From a virus (taxonomy: Duplodnaviria; Caudoviricetes), in the IMG/VR virus record IMGVR_UViG_3300013426_000019, positions 32,001-96,000 of that record: a DNA stretch of 64,000 nt; one strand, written 5' to 3'. Below are positions 20,788 to 30,780 of this stretch, piece after piece; the stretch's first letter is position 1; every line of letters begins with the position of its first letter. The position numbers and the translations under genes are program-made. Under the pieces are notes generated by a model. It was not told the origin of the DNA. It ran no database searches and saw nothing but the letters and a program-made list of their open reading frames with translations.

Positions 20788-21582
20788 CTTACCCGCATCT
20801 TTGAAGAATGCTAGTTCGCTCAAAGCGGCACTGATGATAGACAAACCTAATAACGCTTGTACCGAAGATGCTATCTTAATAGCTACGCCTGAATCGAACA
20901 TTAACTCCGAGTCAGGATCAGCAGTAGTGTAGTATAACTTGTCTACAGTAGATCTCTTGTCATATTCCGCTCTGAGTTCCTTCATAGCCTCCTTACGATT
21001 AACCTTCTCGAAGTAAGGGGAAGCGCTCATTATATTTAAGTAAGGGGCTAGCAGCAATTCTCTCGACTTTTTAATAGAGTAAGATATTAGGACCTGGGCT
21101 AGTAGTGTGGCAGGAGATAACCCAAAGTACTTATAGGGATCTCTCATAAGGGATACGTTGACTGTTATGTATAACTCTATTAAGGTGGAGAGGAACGATT
21201 TACCCCAGCTAATATGAGGATATAGCACCAAGTTCCTCGCCCTCTGAGTAGGATCCATAAACTGCAAGAACACATCTCTAATTCTAGGATATATTGTCTT
21301 AGCGGTAGGACCTAGGTACTTCTCAGACAGGAACTCTTCCGGAGTAGGGGGTTTATCCCTGAAGTTAATTCTCCAGGAATCCTTAATAAGATTAGCCTTC
21401 TCCTGCTCAGTCAAACCATCGCGCTGTACAATGAAGTTAAGAGCGGTTTTAATAGCGTTGAGATCAAGATTCATCCCCTCAAACATTTTAAGAGCGTAAG
21501 GATCTCCAGCGGCTAAGTCTTTATACAAGTCGGCTGCATTATTCAAGTCTTTAGGATTATTTACAAGTTCATTTGAATTCAT
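20476..21582 (-). CDS. terL: terminase large subunit, N-terminal ATPase part, with split-intein N fragment
   Basis: PPTPEEFL..YLG, Walker A HISWGKS, Walker B-like AALSE; intein begins after GK|A; ATG 21582 preferred. Confidence 0.85.
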   Translation of the reverse strand: MNSNELVNNPKDLNNAADLYKDLAAGDPYALKMFEGMNLDLNAIKTALNFIVQRDGLTEQEKANLIKDSWRINFRDKPPTPEEFLSEKYLGPTAKTIYPRIRDVFLQFMDPTQRARNLVLYPHISWGKSFLSTLIELYITVNVSLMRDPYKYFGLSPATLLAQVLISYSIKKSRELLLAPYLNIMSASPYFEKVNRKEAMKELRAEYDKRSTVDKLYYTTADPDSELMFDSGVAIKIASSVQALLGLSIISAALSELAFFKDAGKALDLNEQVVMADSTLKSMRDVRVGDKLLHPYCGETEVINIPWQGEDDLYEIEVEDGRTVRCNANHKWRVTYWDENNIYHDEVVTTQYMIDHPEIEFDIPQIEN

Positions 21583-21733
21583 GTCTATTATTAACTTAGT
21601 TACATTACACAACTAATTAAGCAGACCTACAAATAGGCCCTTCACAATTAATATAGAGGTCTTAATAACTGTTTATATTATAATTATAAGTGAACCGAAG
21701 GGAATTTACACAATATATTATAGGAGATTTCAA

Positions 21734-23071
21734 ATGAACGGAATCAAGACAAACAAGCCTCTCAATGAAGAGGAACTCACAGAGCAGCCAGCACTTGAGA
21801 CACAGCCACAGCCAGTGCCAGCTACACCAGATGAGGTATCACAGGCCCAGGATGTCCCAGTAGAGGATGTACCAGCTGAAGAACTGGCAGATGAACCAGC
21901 AGCAACAAGTGCAATGTTTACGCCACCTGCTGAAGGATACGTACCAGCTGGTTGGGTTAAGATTGAAGATTTAGCATCAGCAGTAGCACAGGTTACAGGA
22001 GATCTTGAGGCTGCATCAACAGCACCAGATGTTCAGCCATCAGCTATTGCAGACACAGAAGCAACAATTCCAGCAGCAGTAGAAGAACCAGAAGAGGAGC
22101 CACTTGTACAGGAATCTGTCAAGTCTAACAAGGGTACACTCAACGAGGTCAAGGCCAATGTCAGGGATCACAAGTTTGCCTTTCTAATTTGTGATGGTAA
22201 TGGTGCCGCATCTAGAGGAGGTGAACCAGATTACTTCTACACATCAGAATGCGTTGCTAAGGATCTCAAATCAGCACTTCTATTGATTCTTCCGGACATG
22301 CTAGGCTATGACCCTGAAGACGATTTAGGTGAAGATCTTGTGGACATGACAGGAGATGAACTCTTATCCACATATTCTGAAGAGGTTGATTTAGGAGATG
22401 GTTCTCCTTGGATTGAAGCAGTTATGCAGGACAACAAAGTCATTGCTGACATGGGTGTTATTGATTCCATGATTGGTGACGAAGATTACAGATTTGACAT
22501 TGATCCAGCTGATGCTGAACTCTGGGGCATTGAACTCCCTGATTACGATGATGACGATGACGATGAAGAGTTTGATGAGTCAGTTAAGAGATCATCCAAG
22601 AAGTATAATCGCAAAGCCTCTAAAGACTTTGATACAATGGTAGAACGCATCAACAACAAGGGACATCGTTTTAATACAATGGCAGAGAGTATCAACAGAG
22701 CAATTTCAACCAGAGCAATTAGAGAGCGCTATGAAGGCTATCTACCTGCAGGCTCAGAACACTTTGCAAACGACGACGATCTAGTACAGACATATACAGA
22801 GTCTGCAGCTTCTAGAAGAAGAGCTATTAGAGACTTCAGAGAGTCTCTCAAGGCTAAGAGATCTTCAAATCTTAGAGGCAGACGCATCGAAGATGTTGCT
22901 GAACCAGAAGTCACAGTAGACCCAAGATTTAAGGAGGCACTTAAGAGTTCTTCCAGAATTGAGGAGTCAATCAATACTGATTCCAAGTCCTGGAGTGCTA
23001 ACAAATTCCAGGAGAAGGCTGAAGACAAGCTATCTTGGAAGGAGCTACTTGCTAAGGGCTTCTTAGGCTAA
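21734..23071 (+). CDS. acidic protein, putative prohead scaffold/internal head protein
   Basis: Highly acidic, many xxES motifs, ACTAATT and AGGAG upstream, divergent from terL. Confidence 0.45.
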   Translation: MNGIKTNKPLNEEELTEQPALETQPQPVPATPDEVSQAQDVPVEDVPAEELADEPAATSAMFTPPAEGYVPAGWVKIEDLASAVAQVTGDLEAASTAPDVQPSAIADTEATIPAAVEEPEEEPLVQESVKSNKGTLNEVKANVRDHKFAFLICDGNGAASRGGEPDYFYTSECVAKDLKSALLLILPDMLGYDPEDDLGEDLVDMTGDELLSTYSEEVDLGDGSPWIEAVMQDNKVIADMGVIDSMIGDEDYRFDIDPADAELWGIELPDYDDDDDDEEFDESVKRSSKKYNRKASKDFDTMVERINNKGHRFNTMAESINRAISTRAIRERYEGYLPAGSEHFANDDDLVQTYTESAASRRRAIRDFRESLKAKRSSNLRGRRIEDVAEPEVTVDPRFKEALKSSSRIEESINTDSKSWSANKFQEKAEDKLSWKELLAKGFLG

Positions 23072-23092
23072 GTCTTTAAGATGCAATAATAT

Positions 23093-23114
23093 AGGGGAAG
23101 TTAACACTTCCCCC
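23093..23114. terminator. Rho-independent terminator
   Basis: GGGGAAG-ttaaca-CTTCCCC followed by T-rich tail. Confidence 0.7.
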
Positions 23115-23172
23115 TTTTCTATTCTTTGCTATAATAGCGATTATATTGAGTATACGCGACTTTGCTTGTGGT

Positions 23173-23895
23173 TTAATAATTATTGTTATATTCAAACGAT
23201 AGAGACCCGTTAGTCTCAGATATTGTTACATTACCTATTTGGACGGTGCCTGCTTTTAATTTATTAACTGTTACATTATTATTCTTTATAGACACAGCCC
23301 CTTCAATAGCCAAGTCACCTTTAAGTTGCTTAGAACCTTTCAAGATTTGAGCACCCGTAGTAACGACACCATAAGTAGATTCAGATGCAACAGGGATAGT
23401 TATATGAGCTTGGTGGTTATTACCGGCATCTGTAGAGTCTACATGTTCTCCTGTCCCCGATAATTTAAGACCTCTTACAATCTCTGAAGTATCGTTTGCC
23501 ACGCCAGCATCTTTAGTATCCAAGTTGGTACCTAACTTAATAACACCTGGAGTATTATTTGTAGCTTCTTCGAGCATACCTTCAAAGACATCCCAATACT
23601 CATACCAGTTATCTGATTTTATTGCAGCAGTTATATCCTTTTTACATACAACGTTACAACCAGCATACACAGATACGGGTCTATTACTGTCTGCAGTATC
23701 CTTAACACCATTAATAATATTATATACATCACCCTGCTTAGCACTTGTAAGAGCCATAAGCTCAGCCCACGTCTTATTACCTTTAACATGATAGACGTTA
23801 CCGAGCATTTTAATTCTATCGCTAAGTTTTCTATATACTGTATTTAGACCATCTAAGGTTACTACTGGAGATAATTTATTACTCATTAATTTCAA
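23173..23895 (-). CDS. fibre-like virion protein
   Basis: TLDGLNTVYRKL N-terminal motif, AKQGDVYNI, ATNNTPGVIK/ASESTYGVV fibre repeats. Confidence 0.55.
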   Translation of the reverse strand: MKLMSNKLSPVVTLDGLNTVYRKLSDRIKMLGNVYHVKGNKTWAELMALTSAKQGDVYNIINGVKDTADSNRPVSVYAGCNVVCKKDITAAIKSDNWYEYWDVFEGMLEEATNNTPGVIKLGTNLDTKDAGVANDTSEIVRGLKLSGTGEHVDSTDAGNNHQAHITIPVASESTYGVVTTGAQILKGSKQLKGDLAIEGAVSIKNNNVTVNKLKAGTVQIGNVTISETNGSLSFEYNNNY

Positions 23896-23916
23896 GTCTC
23901 CTCTACAGTAATTAGT

Positions 23917-25743
23917 TCAGATTACGTCATTTGAGTAGGGTACAGGATCACAAGTTTCAGTACAATTGAAGATTTGTTTCCATTGCTCCTGACTCAGGAA
24001 CTCCTTACTTACCAGGCCTTTAACAAGAGCTCCTTTATTCTTCAGGGATTTATCCAACAGGACATCCAAGCTTTTATCATAGAGTAGTATATAAGACGTA
24101 AAGTTATTCTTCTGCCCTATTCTATAAGCCCTAGCAGTGCTCTGATCATAAGTAGTATAATCGAAGGTACGCTCAACATATACTTGATAGGTAGCTTCGG
24201 TTATAGTTACAGAGGTATTGAGACATATAATATTAGCTATTAGGATTTGATGCTTCTTATCCTTCTTGAACTCCTCGATAAGCTTGAATCTCTCTTCCTG
24301 AGGTGTCTCCCCAGTTATTACAATAGGATTATATTGAGCATATCTCTTAGCCATATTATTTATAGAGGTAGGGTGGATTGCCCATATAATACCTTTCTCT
24401 TTAGGGTGGTCTTCTATTATAGCATCTATAGCTTCTAATTTAGCTAGGCTGGCATCCTTAAACTTGTTAACCATAAGATTGAACGACATATCAAACTTAT
24501 CCTCATGTTTTAAGAGGAGTTTAGGGGCATCTACACTTAACATCATATAAGGGAACCTTGTTACAATATCCTTAACAGTGTGTTGCTGCGCAAGGTCATT
24601 AACAACCATCGTTTCATATATAGCCCGGTGCTCTTTAGTCATTGGAATGTAGAGTCTCTTCTCTATATATTCAGGGAGTTCAACCAAGTCGCTTGTTTTG
24701 TAGTAGTTGCCATAAGATTTCAAGAACCTCTGATTCTGCTTCTCAACTTCATCTCTCTTCCACTCTCTAATCGCATATCTACTATAGTAAGTACCTATAT
24801 TAGCTAACTTATCCAGCCACTCTGAGTAGGATAGATTCCAGACAAGCGCAGGATCTAAGATCTTGAACTGAGTATACTCTTTTTCTACCTTATCTGCGGG
24901 GGTACCACTGAACTCGTAGCGATACTTGAACTCAGGGGCGTGGAGTGTTACAAGGTGGCTCTGCTGGGATTTAGGATTAGCAACATTGTGACTCTCATCT
25001 AAGATTAACATTAGAGGCTGACCATTTGACCACTCTTTAAGAGGCAGGAACGGTTTGCGAGGCTTCTCAGACGTTACCTTCTTAATTTGCTTATAGTAGT
25101 TACCTATAAGGCGGTAGGAGTTGTAGCTCGTCACTACAATATTAGCCTCTTTATGGTCGAACACATCTCTACAATTCTTATTACCTATAATAACTTCTTC
25201 GTCTTTAAGATCTTTAATGAACTTGAAGAGTTCGTGATACAGGTTAAGTACACCTACATTAGATGTAACTAGGACAACCTTACTACAATCATGATATTTT
25301 AAGAGTCTATGAGCAATTAAGGCCGATGCAACGTAGGATTTACCACTTCCCATGCCCCAATAGTAGGCATAGCAGGATCTATTGATACCCATACTTATAC
25401 CTAAGTGCTGGAACTTCTCATTGGGACTCTTACCTTCAATAGGCTTGAAGTTCATAAGACTATAGTCAGGGATACGTCTAGTAGATTCTATAATTTGGGT
25501 AGACTTAACCTCTAAGAGTTTGTCTAGTTCTGCTTTGTTGACATTATCCTCTATAACATCTATATCTTCCAAGACACTCTTAACTTCTTCATACTTATAA
25601 GGAGCCAGAGTCCAGGTCTTAGAGGACTTGTCCCACTTAGCACCTTCTTGTTTTAGAAGTTTAAGAGCCTGGCTGAACGACGCGTTTGTTAGACCTGTTA
25701 AGTCAATGTCTATGTTCTTATTCTTTATGTCTATTTTGATCAT
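23917..25743 (-). CDS. SNF2-family helicase/ATPase
   Basis: GMGSGKS, LILDESH, SGTP, QSTARAYRIGQ. Confidence 0.92.
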   Translation of the reverse strand: MIKIDIKNKNIDIDLTGLTNASFSQALKLLKQEGAKWDKSSKTWTLAPYKYEEVKSVLEDIDVIEDNVNKAELDKLLEVKSTQIIESTRRIPDYSLMNFKPIEGKSPNEKFQHLGISMGINRSCYAYYWGMGSGKSYVASALIAHRLLKYHDCSKVVLVTSNVGVLNLYHELFKFIKDLKDEEVIIGNKNCRDVFDHKEANIVVTSYNSYRLIGNYYKQIKKVTSEKPRKPFLPLKEWSNGQPLMLILDESHNVANPKSQQSHLVTLHAPEFKYRYEFSGTPADKVEKEYTQFKILDPALVWNLSYSEWLDKLANIGTYYSRYAIREWKRDEVEKQNQRFLKSYGNYYKTSDLVELPEYIEKRLYIPMTKEHRAIYETMVVNDLAQQHTVKDIVTRFPYMMLSVDAPKLLLKHEDKFDMSFNLMVNKFKDASLAKLEAIDAIIEDHPKEKGIIWAIHPTSINNMAKRYAQYNPIVITGETPQEERFKLIEEFKKDKKHQILIANIICLNTSVTITEATYQVYVERTFDYTTYDQSTARAYRIGQKNNFTSYILLYDKSLDVLLDKSLKNKGALVKGLVSKEFLSQEQWKQIFNCTETCDPVPYSNDVI

Positions 25744-25793
25744 ATAATTATATTATAAGGAGGAGAGGCTTGATCAAACCCTCATTTAACTCC

Positions 25794-26648
25794 TTACTTA
25801 TCCATTACTGTGTATTTTGTTCTGAAGTGGTAGCATTGCTGGGAGCTTGTCCACTTAAAGTCTGTACCTGCATCGAACGTTAAGATCTTACAATTTTTGG
25901 TCTCACCTTCTATAATACCATCTAGCTCACCCTTAAGTGATATCCTAAGATTCTTAGCACTTATGATCCTACCTACTCTACGTGTTACATTGTCTATAAT
26001 ATTATCATACTTCTTATCAGCCCTGACTGTCAACATATTAGATACAAGCTTCTTATAACTATTTAAGTTATGATCAGCCTTATCCCAGATTTCATCAATC
26101 TCACCATATCTAGATTCATATCTTCTCTGCGCTGTGTTCATCGCCTCTTCTTTTAACTTTAATTTAGCCTTAATATCCTTATCAGATACACCTGCGTTGT
26201 AGTCCTCAAATCTACCTTCATTGAAGTATTCTCTATAAGCTTCTTCAGCAGCTTCTACAGTTTGTGCGGCGAGCTTTTTATCATTAGATTTAAGTTCATC
26301 TATGTAGTAGTTTAAGCATCTCTCTTTCCAAGTATCTAAGAACTCTGCAATTGGTTTAATATCTCGGACTGTCTTCTGTATATTTTCAAGCTGCGTATAA
26401 TATTTATTTAGAGTACCCTGCGCTGTGACTAGATCCTGTGATGCGATTCTATAGTCCCACTCGAGGTTTTCGATTCTTATCTTAATGCTACGATTATTAG
26501 GGTCACTCTTAAGCTGATATCTGAGCTCATTGATCTCTTTAGATTTCTTCGCAATCTTAGCTTCCAGTTTAGACGCCTTAGCTTCTAATTTTTCAATTCT
26601 TACATTTAATTCTTCGGCTGTTAGCATACTTGGTATCTCCTTATCCAC
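25794..26648 (-). CDS. hypothetical coiled-coil phage protein
   Basis: N-terminal coiled coil; C-terminal GELDGIIEG...AG...QCYHFR; TTGACA promoter upstream. Confidence 0.65.
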   Translation of the reverse strand: MDKEIPSMLTAEELNVRIEKLEAKASKLEAKIAKKSKEINELRYQLKSDPNNRSIKIRIENLEWDYRIASQDLVTAQGTLNKYYTQLENIQKTVRDIKPIAEFLDTWKERCLNYYIDELKSNDKKLAAQTVEAAEEAYREYFNEGRFEDYNAGVSDKDIKAKLKLKEEAMNTAQRRYESRYGEIDEIWDKADHNLNSYKKLVSNMLTVRADKKYDNIIDNVTRRVGRIISAKNLRISLKGELDGIIEGETKNCKILTFDAGTDFKWTSSQQCYHFRTKYTVMDK

Positions 26649-26762
26649 ATCTATATATTATATTATATATGACAATTTGTCAAGCCTTATAAGGTAGATT
26701 TTTTAATTTATTTTTTTCACTTTTAGGTTGATATTTTACTGTAAGGGGGTTATATTATATAC

Positions 26763-27317
26763 ATGAACAACGATAAGATAACAATGACAATTGGTGCAAG
26801 TATTATTCTTAACAAGGTTTTGACTTTGATCTTATTTACAGATCCTACTCCAGGCAAGACAGTTGAGCGTGTTTTACCATTCTCGGTTAAGTATTGTCTT
26901 CAGAGAGCGAAGAGCCAGGTTGAGAAGGATTGTGCCACATTTGAGCAGCGCAAGGCTGATCTAATTAAGAGGCTTGGAGTTCCGCAGGAGAACGATCCTA
27001 ATACAATTGCAGTGCCTGAAGATAAGATGGCAGAGTACAAGGACGATCTCCTTAAGATCTTACAGGAGCAAGTAGAACATCAGTTCCTCAAGCTCAAGCC
27101 ACAGGATGTTCTAAGCATAGATGTAGAGGGTCTATCAGTAGAGGAGGTAAGCTTATTTATGGCACTTCTTATTGATGACGCTGAACTCACAGAGGAGTTA
27201 GGTGGTTCTACAACACCTACAGATAGTGCAGATACAACTGCGCAGGATTCCAAGGTTACAACCGCTGAGCCTCCAGAGGGCGTCACTGAACCTTCATCAA
27301 CCTCCACCACTAATTAA
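26763..27317 (+). CDS. hypothetical protein (DUF1617-like), paralog of 29903..30577
   Basis: LPFSVKYCL...RKADLIKRLG vs LPLSLQYKL...RIRLLMKYG. Confidence 0.55.
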   Translation: MNNDKITMTIGASIILNKVLTLILFTDPTPGKTVERVLPFSVKYCLQRAKSQVEKDCATFEQRKADLIKRLGVPQENDPNTIAVPEDKMAEYKDDLLKILQEQVEHQFLKLKPQDVLSIDVEGLSVEEVSLFMALLIDDAELTEELGGSTTPTDSADTTAQDSKVTTAEPPEGVTEPSSTSTTN

Positions 27318-27372
27318 GGAGTATTGTAAGAGTGTTTTGAACACCTTCAACAATAATCCTCCTTTTTTCTTT

Positions 27373-27404
27373 GAGGCGTCTCTTCTCCCTGATAAGACGC
27401 CTCT
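27373..27404 (+). terminator. terminator hairpin
   Basis: GAGGCGTCT...AGACGCCTC followed by T-run. Confidence 0.6.
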
Positions 27405-27424
27405 CTTTTTTAGAGGGTTTTGAG

Positions 27425-28940
27425 CAAGAAACCCTTCTGCTTCAGCTGAGGGATGAATTGCTCTAAAAGGTTTTTTAACTCCTTTTAAATCTCTTCCACT
27501 AATTATAATATAAAAAACAGGATACTTTAGAAGTACCAATTCTAAAATATCCCTAAACAAAAACCAAACTAGTAAGGAGTTTGATTAATGTCTGATAAAA
27601 TTAGTATAATCCACAAATCTTTAAAAATTAGACTCTATCCTACTGAAGATCAAAAAATACTCCTCAATAAAACATTTGGTTGTTGTAGATTACTCTATAA
27701 TGAGAGATTGTCTGAACATATCGAATGGTACAATGCAAACAAAGACTTATCTAAAGATCAGCGTTCAAAATTCAAAGGTAAACTACCTAAACAACTTCGA
27801 GAAGAGAAATATGAATTTTTAAGCGAGGTAATTGCAGAGCCATTAATCAATGCTCAGCGAAATTGTGAGCAAGCATTCAGTAACTTCTTTAAGTCCATAA
27901 CTAAGCAAAGAAAAGGCAAAAAAGTAGGATATCCTAAGTTTAAATCTAAAAAACAACATAGAGATAGCTTCACGATCTATATGCTAACTCCTCGCTGTTT
28001 AGATTGGGAACACAGATTAATTACAATACCAAAACTTAAACAAGTCAAATTTAGACATGCTGAAGATAAGTCAAATAAATGGATTGATTGGTTTAAGGAA
28101 GCTACTACTAGAAGCATAACAATTTCTAAAAATGCATGTGGGGAATATTGGTGTTCAATCTTGTTTGAAAAGGAACAAGATGTTTATTCAACGATTAAGT
28201 TAGACAAAGCTATAGGTTTAGACTTTAGTCCTAATTCATTATATATAAATAATTTAAATGAAGAAGCTTCAAACTTCAAAAAAGCCAAGCAAGAAAATAT
28301 AAAGAAACTAACAAAACTACAAAGGAATCTAATGAGAAAACAAAAAGATTCAAAGAATCGGGAAAAAGCGAGAATCAAGCTAGCTCGATTTGAGAATCAT
28401 ATTGCAAACATTAGAAAAGATTACAGAGAGAAGGAAACTTTGAGATTAGTTCAAACTTACGATGTAATTGGAATCGAAGATCTTAACCTTCAAGGTATGA
28501 TGAGGTTCAGTCACAATGCTAAAAATTATATTGACACTAGTTGGTATTCATTCGTAACAAGACTTGAACAAAAAGCTATATTCAATAATTGCTTAGTGAT
28601 TAAGTCAGATAGGTTCTATCCTTCTAGTAAAACCTGCAATCATTGTGGTTATGTTAATAATGAGCTAACATTGAGAGATCGAACATGGATTTGTCCAAAA
28701 TGTGGAACAGAGGTAGTTCGAGATCAAAATGCTGCTCAAAATCTAAAAGAAAACGCAATTAAAATCCTAGTTGATGAGATAAAATCAACTCTACTCTTGG
28801 AACAAGAGAAAGTTATGTCTATGGAGGATATGGAAGTAGAGATCTGCAACTCAGAAATCTGTGGAATATCCTGTGAAGTAGAAAGTCAGAATAGTGATGT
28901 TCGGAAAAGAAGCCTTTTGCTTTAGCTCAAGGTTGTTCAC
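27425..28940 (+). mobile_element. IS200/IS605-family (IS1341-like) TnpB-only element
   Basis: Left-end hairpin CAAGAAACCCTTCTGCTTCAGCTGAGGG, right-end hairpin ending GGTTGTTCAC, tnpB, no tnpA; left boundary approximate. Confidence 0.8.
27588..28925 (+). CDS. tnpB: RNA-guided endonuclease TnpB
   Basis: KIRLYPT..Q..L..TFGCCR.LYN, GYPKFKSK, RuvC GLD / IEDL / RDQNAA, Zn finger CNHC/CPKC. Confidence 0.95.
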   Translation: MSDKISIIHKSLKIRLYPTEDQKILLNKTFGCCRLLYNERLSEHIEWYNANKDLSKDQRSKFKGKLPKQLREEKYEFLSEVIAEPLINAQRNCEQAFSNFFKSITKQRKGKKVGYPKFKSKKQHRDSFTIYMLTPRCLDWEHRLITIPKLKQVKFRHAEDKSNKWIDWFKEATTRSITISKNACGEYWCSILFEKEQDVYSTIKLDKAIGLDFSPNSLYINNLNEEASNFKKAKQENIKKLTKLQRNLMRKQKDSKNREKARIKLARFENHIANIRKDYREKETLRLVQTYDVIGIEDLNLQGMMRFSHNAKNYIDTSWYSFVTRLEQKAIFNNCLVIKSDRFYPSSKTCNHCGYVNNELTLRDRTWICPKCGTEVVRDQNAAQNLKENAIKILVDEIKSTLLLEQEKVMSMEDMEVEICNSEICGISCEVESQNSDVRKRSLLL

Positions 28941-28960
28941 GGTTGATTAATTCCACTAAT
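28780..28960 (+). ncRNA. predicted omegaRNA (reRNA) overlapping tnpB 3' end; guide begins at 28941
   Basis: Established TnpB architecture; tnpB tail is conserved with the second copy up to TTCAC; 5' boundary is a guess. Confidence 0.5.
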
Positions 28961-28983
28961 TGAGTAGCGAGGATTATTAGTAG

Positions 28984-29406
28984 ATGTTATACTCTACCCC
29001 TAAGAATATATTACAAGAGAGACTTAACAACATATTAGACCACCACGAAGAGACCATTATATCGGACCTGGTCAAGTTAAGTCTACTTAAGCGAGCTGAG
29101 AAGAACTCAGATGAGCTGGTCTTTTCAGAGATATACAATCTACTTGGCTTAGAGGACTTCACAAGCTTAATAACACTAACAGATGGCAAGACAATCACCT
29201 TCCCAACCAAGGAGGAGTTTGAGGATGCTCTGATGATAGTTATAGCCTACTATTACAGGACAGTAGAACAGAGGTCCTGGGATGAGATCAAGGATCTATT
29301 AGGCATACAAGATCTCAACTCAGTTAAGCTAGGTATACAAGCAGGACAATATGAGCGGTTCCTTCAGAAGATGATTAAGAGGTACAACCCTCTAGGAGGT
29401 GAGTAA
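28984..29406 (+). CDS. putative Mor-like/HTH DNA-binding protein
   Basis: LLGLEDFTSLITLTDGKTITFPT and C-terminal SWDEIKDLLG. Confidence 0.45.
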   Translation: MLYSTPKNILQERLNNILDHHEETIISDLVKLSLLKRAEKNSDELVFSEIYNLLGLEDFTSLITLTDGKTITFPTKEEFEDALMIVIAYYYRTVEQRSWDEIKDLLGIQDLNSVKLGIQAGQYERFLQKMIKRYNPLGGE

Positions 29407-29906
29407 TGGACAAGTACGGGGATGTAAGTACCTTAGTTAAGATTAAGGACAACCTACCAACAGCTGAGCTTAAGGCAGATTCAGTACGCATACACAATCC
29501 TTCAGCAGAAGTCAAGTCAGCTCTCAAGGACTTTGCGGTTACGAGGCTTGAGAAGGTCAAGGATGATATAAGCTTTGAGGATACCATTAAGGACACAATA
29601 GCTTTGAGGATGCCTGAAGCAACCTTTGAGGAGCTATTAAGGTTATTAGCCATAACCTCAGCAGCCAACAATAAGATGACGGAGACACTTGCTAACATGT
29701 TCCAGTCACAGAACTCCGATAAGACTATTATAGAGCGCTTAGAGGACAGAGGAACCGAGAATGCAGCCGCTCAGTTATATGCAAGTACCAACAACAAGAA
29801 TGACATACAAGCCTTAACATACTTAAGTATGATACTAGGCAAGGCACAAACACAAGGATTACAAGATCACACAATAGAGACCCAAGCCGAGGAGGTTAAG
29901 GAGTGA
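29406..29906 (+). CDS. hypothetical protein
   Basis: Translationally coupled ORF with GGAGG RBS. Confidence 0.65.
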   Translation: MDKYGDVSTLVKIKDNLPTAELKADSVRIHNPSAEVKSALKDFAVTRLEKVKDDISFEDTIKDTIALRMPEATFEELLRLLAITSAANNKMTETLANMFQSQNSDKTIIERLEDRGTENAAAQLYASTNNKNDIQALTYLSMILGKAQTQGLQDHTIETQAEEVKE

Positions 29907-30577
29907 AGTTAACAGAGGAGTTGAAGTTATCTATGGGCGTAGAGATCCTAATATTAGGGATCCTAGACAAGATACTTAACATACACAAGGTAGGATCAAA
30001 CGGTGAGGGCATAGTTGAACCTCGTGAACTACCCTTAAGTTTACAATACAAGCTTAATTGCAACAAGATATTATTAGAGAATGATTATAATAAGTTTGAT
30101 GAGGCTCGAATAAGGCTCTTAATGAAGTATGGTATAGCCAATAAGGATATAGTAAGTGTAGATCCTAGCAAGCTAGCAGAGTATCAAGAGGAGCTTAATA
30201 AGTTGCTAGACACTGAGACAATACACTATGTAACCAAACTATCCTCTGAGGACTTTGAAGATCTGTCTAAGGATATAAGGACATCAATATCAACAGAGGA
30301 GTTTAAGGTGCTATTAGACTATCTAGTAGAGGATACAGACTTACAAGCAGCATATGCTAAGAGCATCCACTTCAATCTAACAGCCCCTAAAACGGAGGAG
30401 CCTCAGGAGGAGATTACTAAGTCTGAAGAATCCAGGCCTAAGGCAACAAAGAAGAGTACATCCAAGGCTAAGGCATCTGAGGTGGTTGTAGAGATCAAGG
30501 ATAGTAAGAGAAGCAAAGTCAACACAATAGACAAGCCTAAGAACAAGAGAACAGTTAAGAGTACTAAGAAGGTATAA
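29903..30577 (+). CDS. hypothetical protein (DUF1617-like) with basic tail
   Basis: Similar to 26763..27317; Lys-rich C-terminus. Confidence 0.55.
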   Translation: MKLTEELKLSMGVEILILGILDKILNIHKVGSNGEGIVEPRELPLSLQYKLNCNKILLENDYNKFDEARIRLLMKYGIANKDIVSVDPSKLAEYQEELNKLLDTETIHYVTKLSSEDFEDLSKDIRTSISTEEFKVLLDYLVEDTDLQAAYAKSIHFNLTAPKTEEPQEEITKSEESRPKATKKSTSKAKASEVVVEIKDSKRSKVNTIDKPKNKRTVKSTKKV

Positions 30578-30780
30578 GGGACCATAAAGGTCGGGCGTTT
30601 GAAGATACTAATTATAATAGGTAGGGGAGCTTATAGACTCCCCTTAATTTAAAGGATCAATAGTGATAAGGGTTTAAGATTACAAATAGATTACATAAAC
30701 CGTTAACGCCCTCCCCACTAATTGTAATATAATAAGAGGCTTCTTCGAGAAGCTTGTAACGTTACAAGGAGAATATTATA

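Noticed and set aside
27297-27560. ORF upstream of tnpB as tnpA
   Set aside because: No HUH/Tyr motifs; it overlaps the terminator and left-end hairpin
30600-30780. Possible small RNA between two ACTAATT motifs with hairpins
   Set aside because: The GGGGAG/CTCCCC hairpin is adequately explained as a terminator; no covariation evidence
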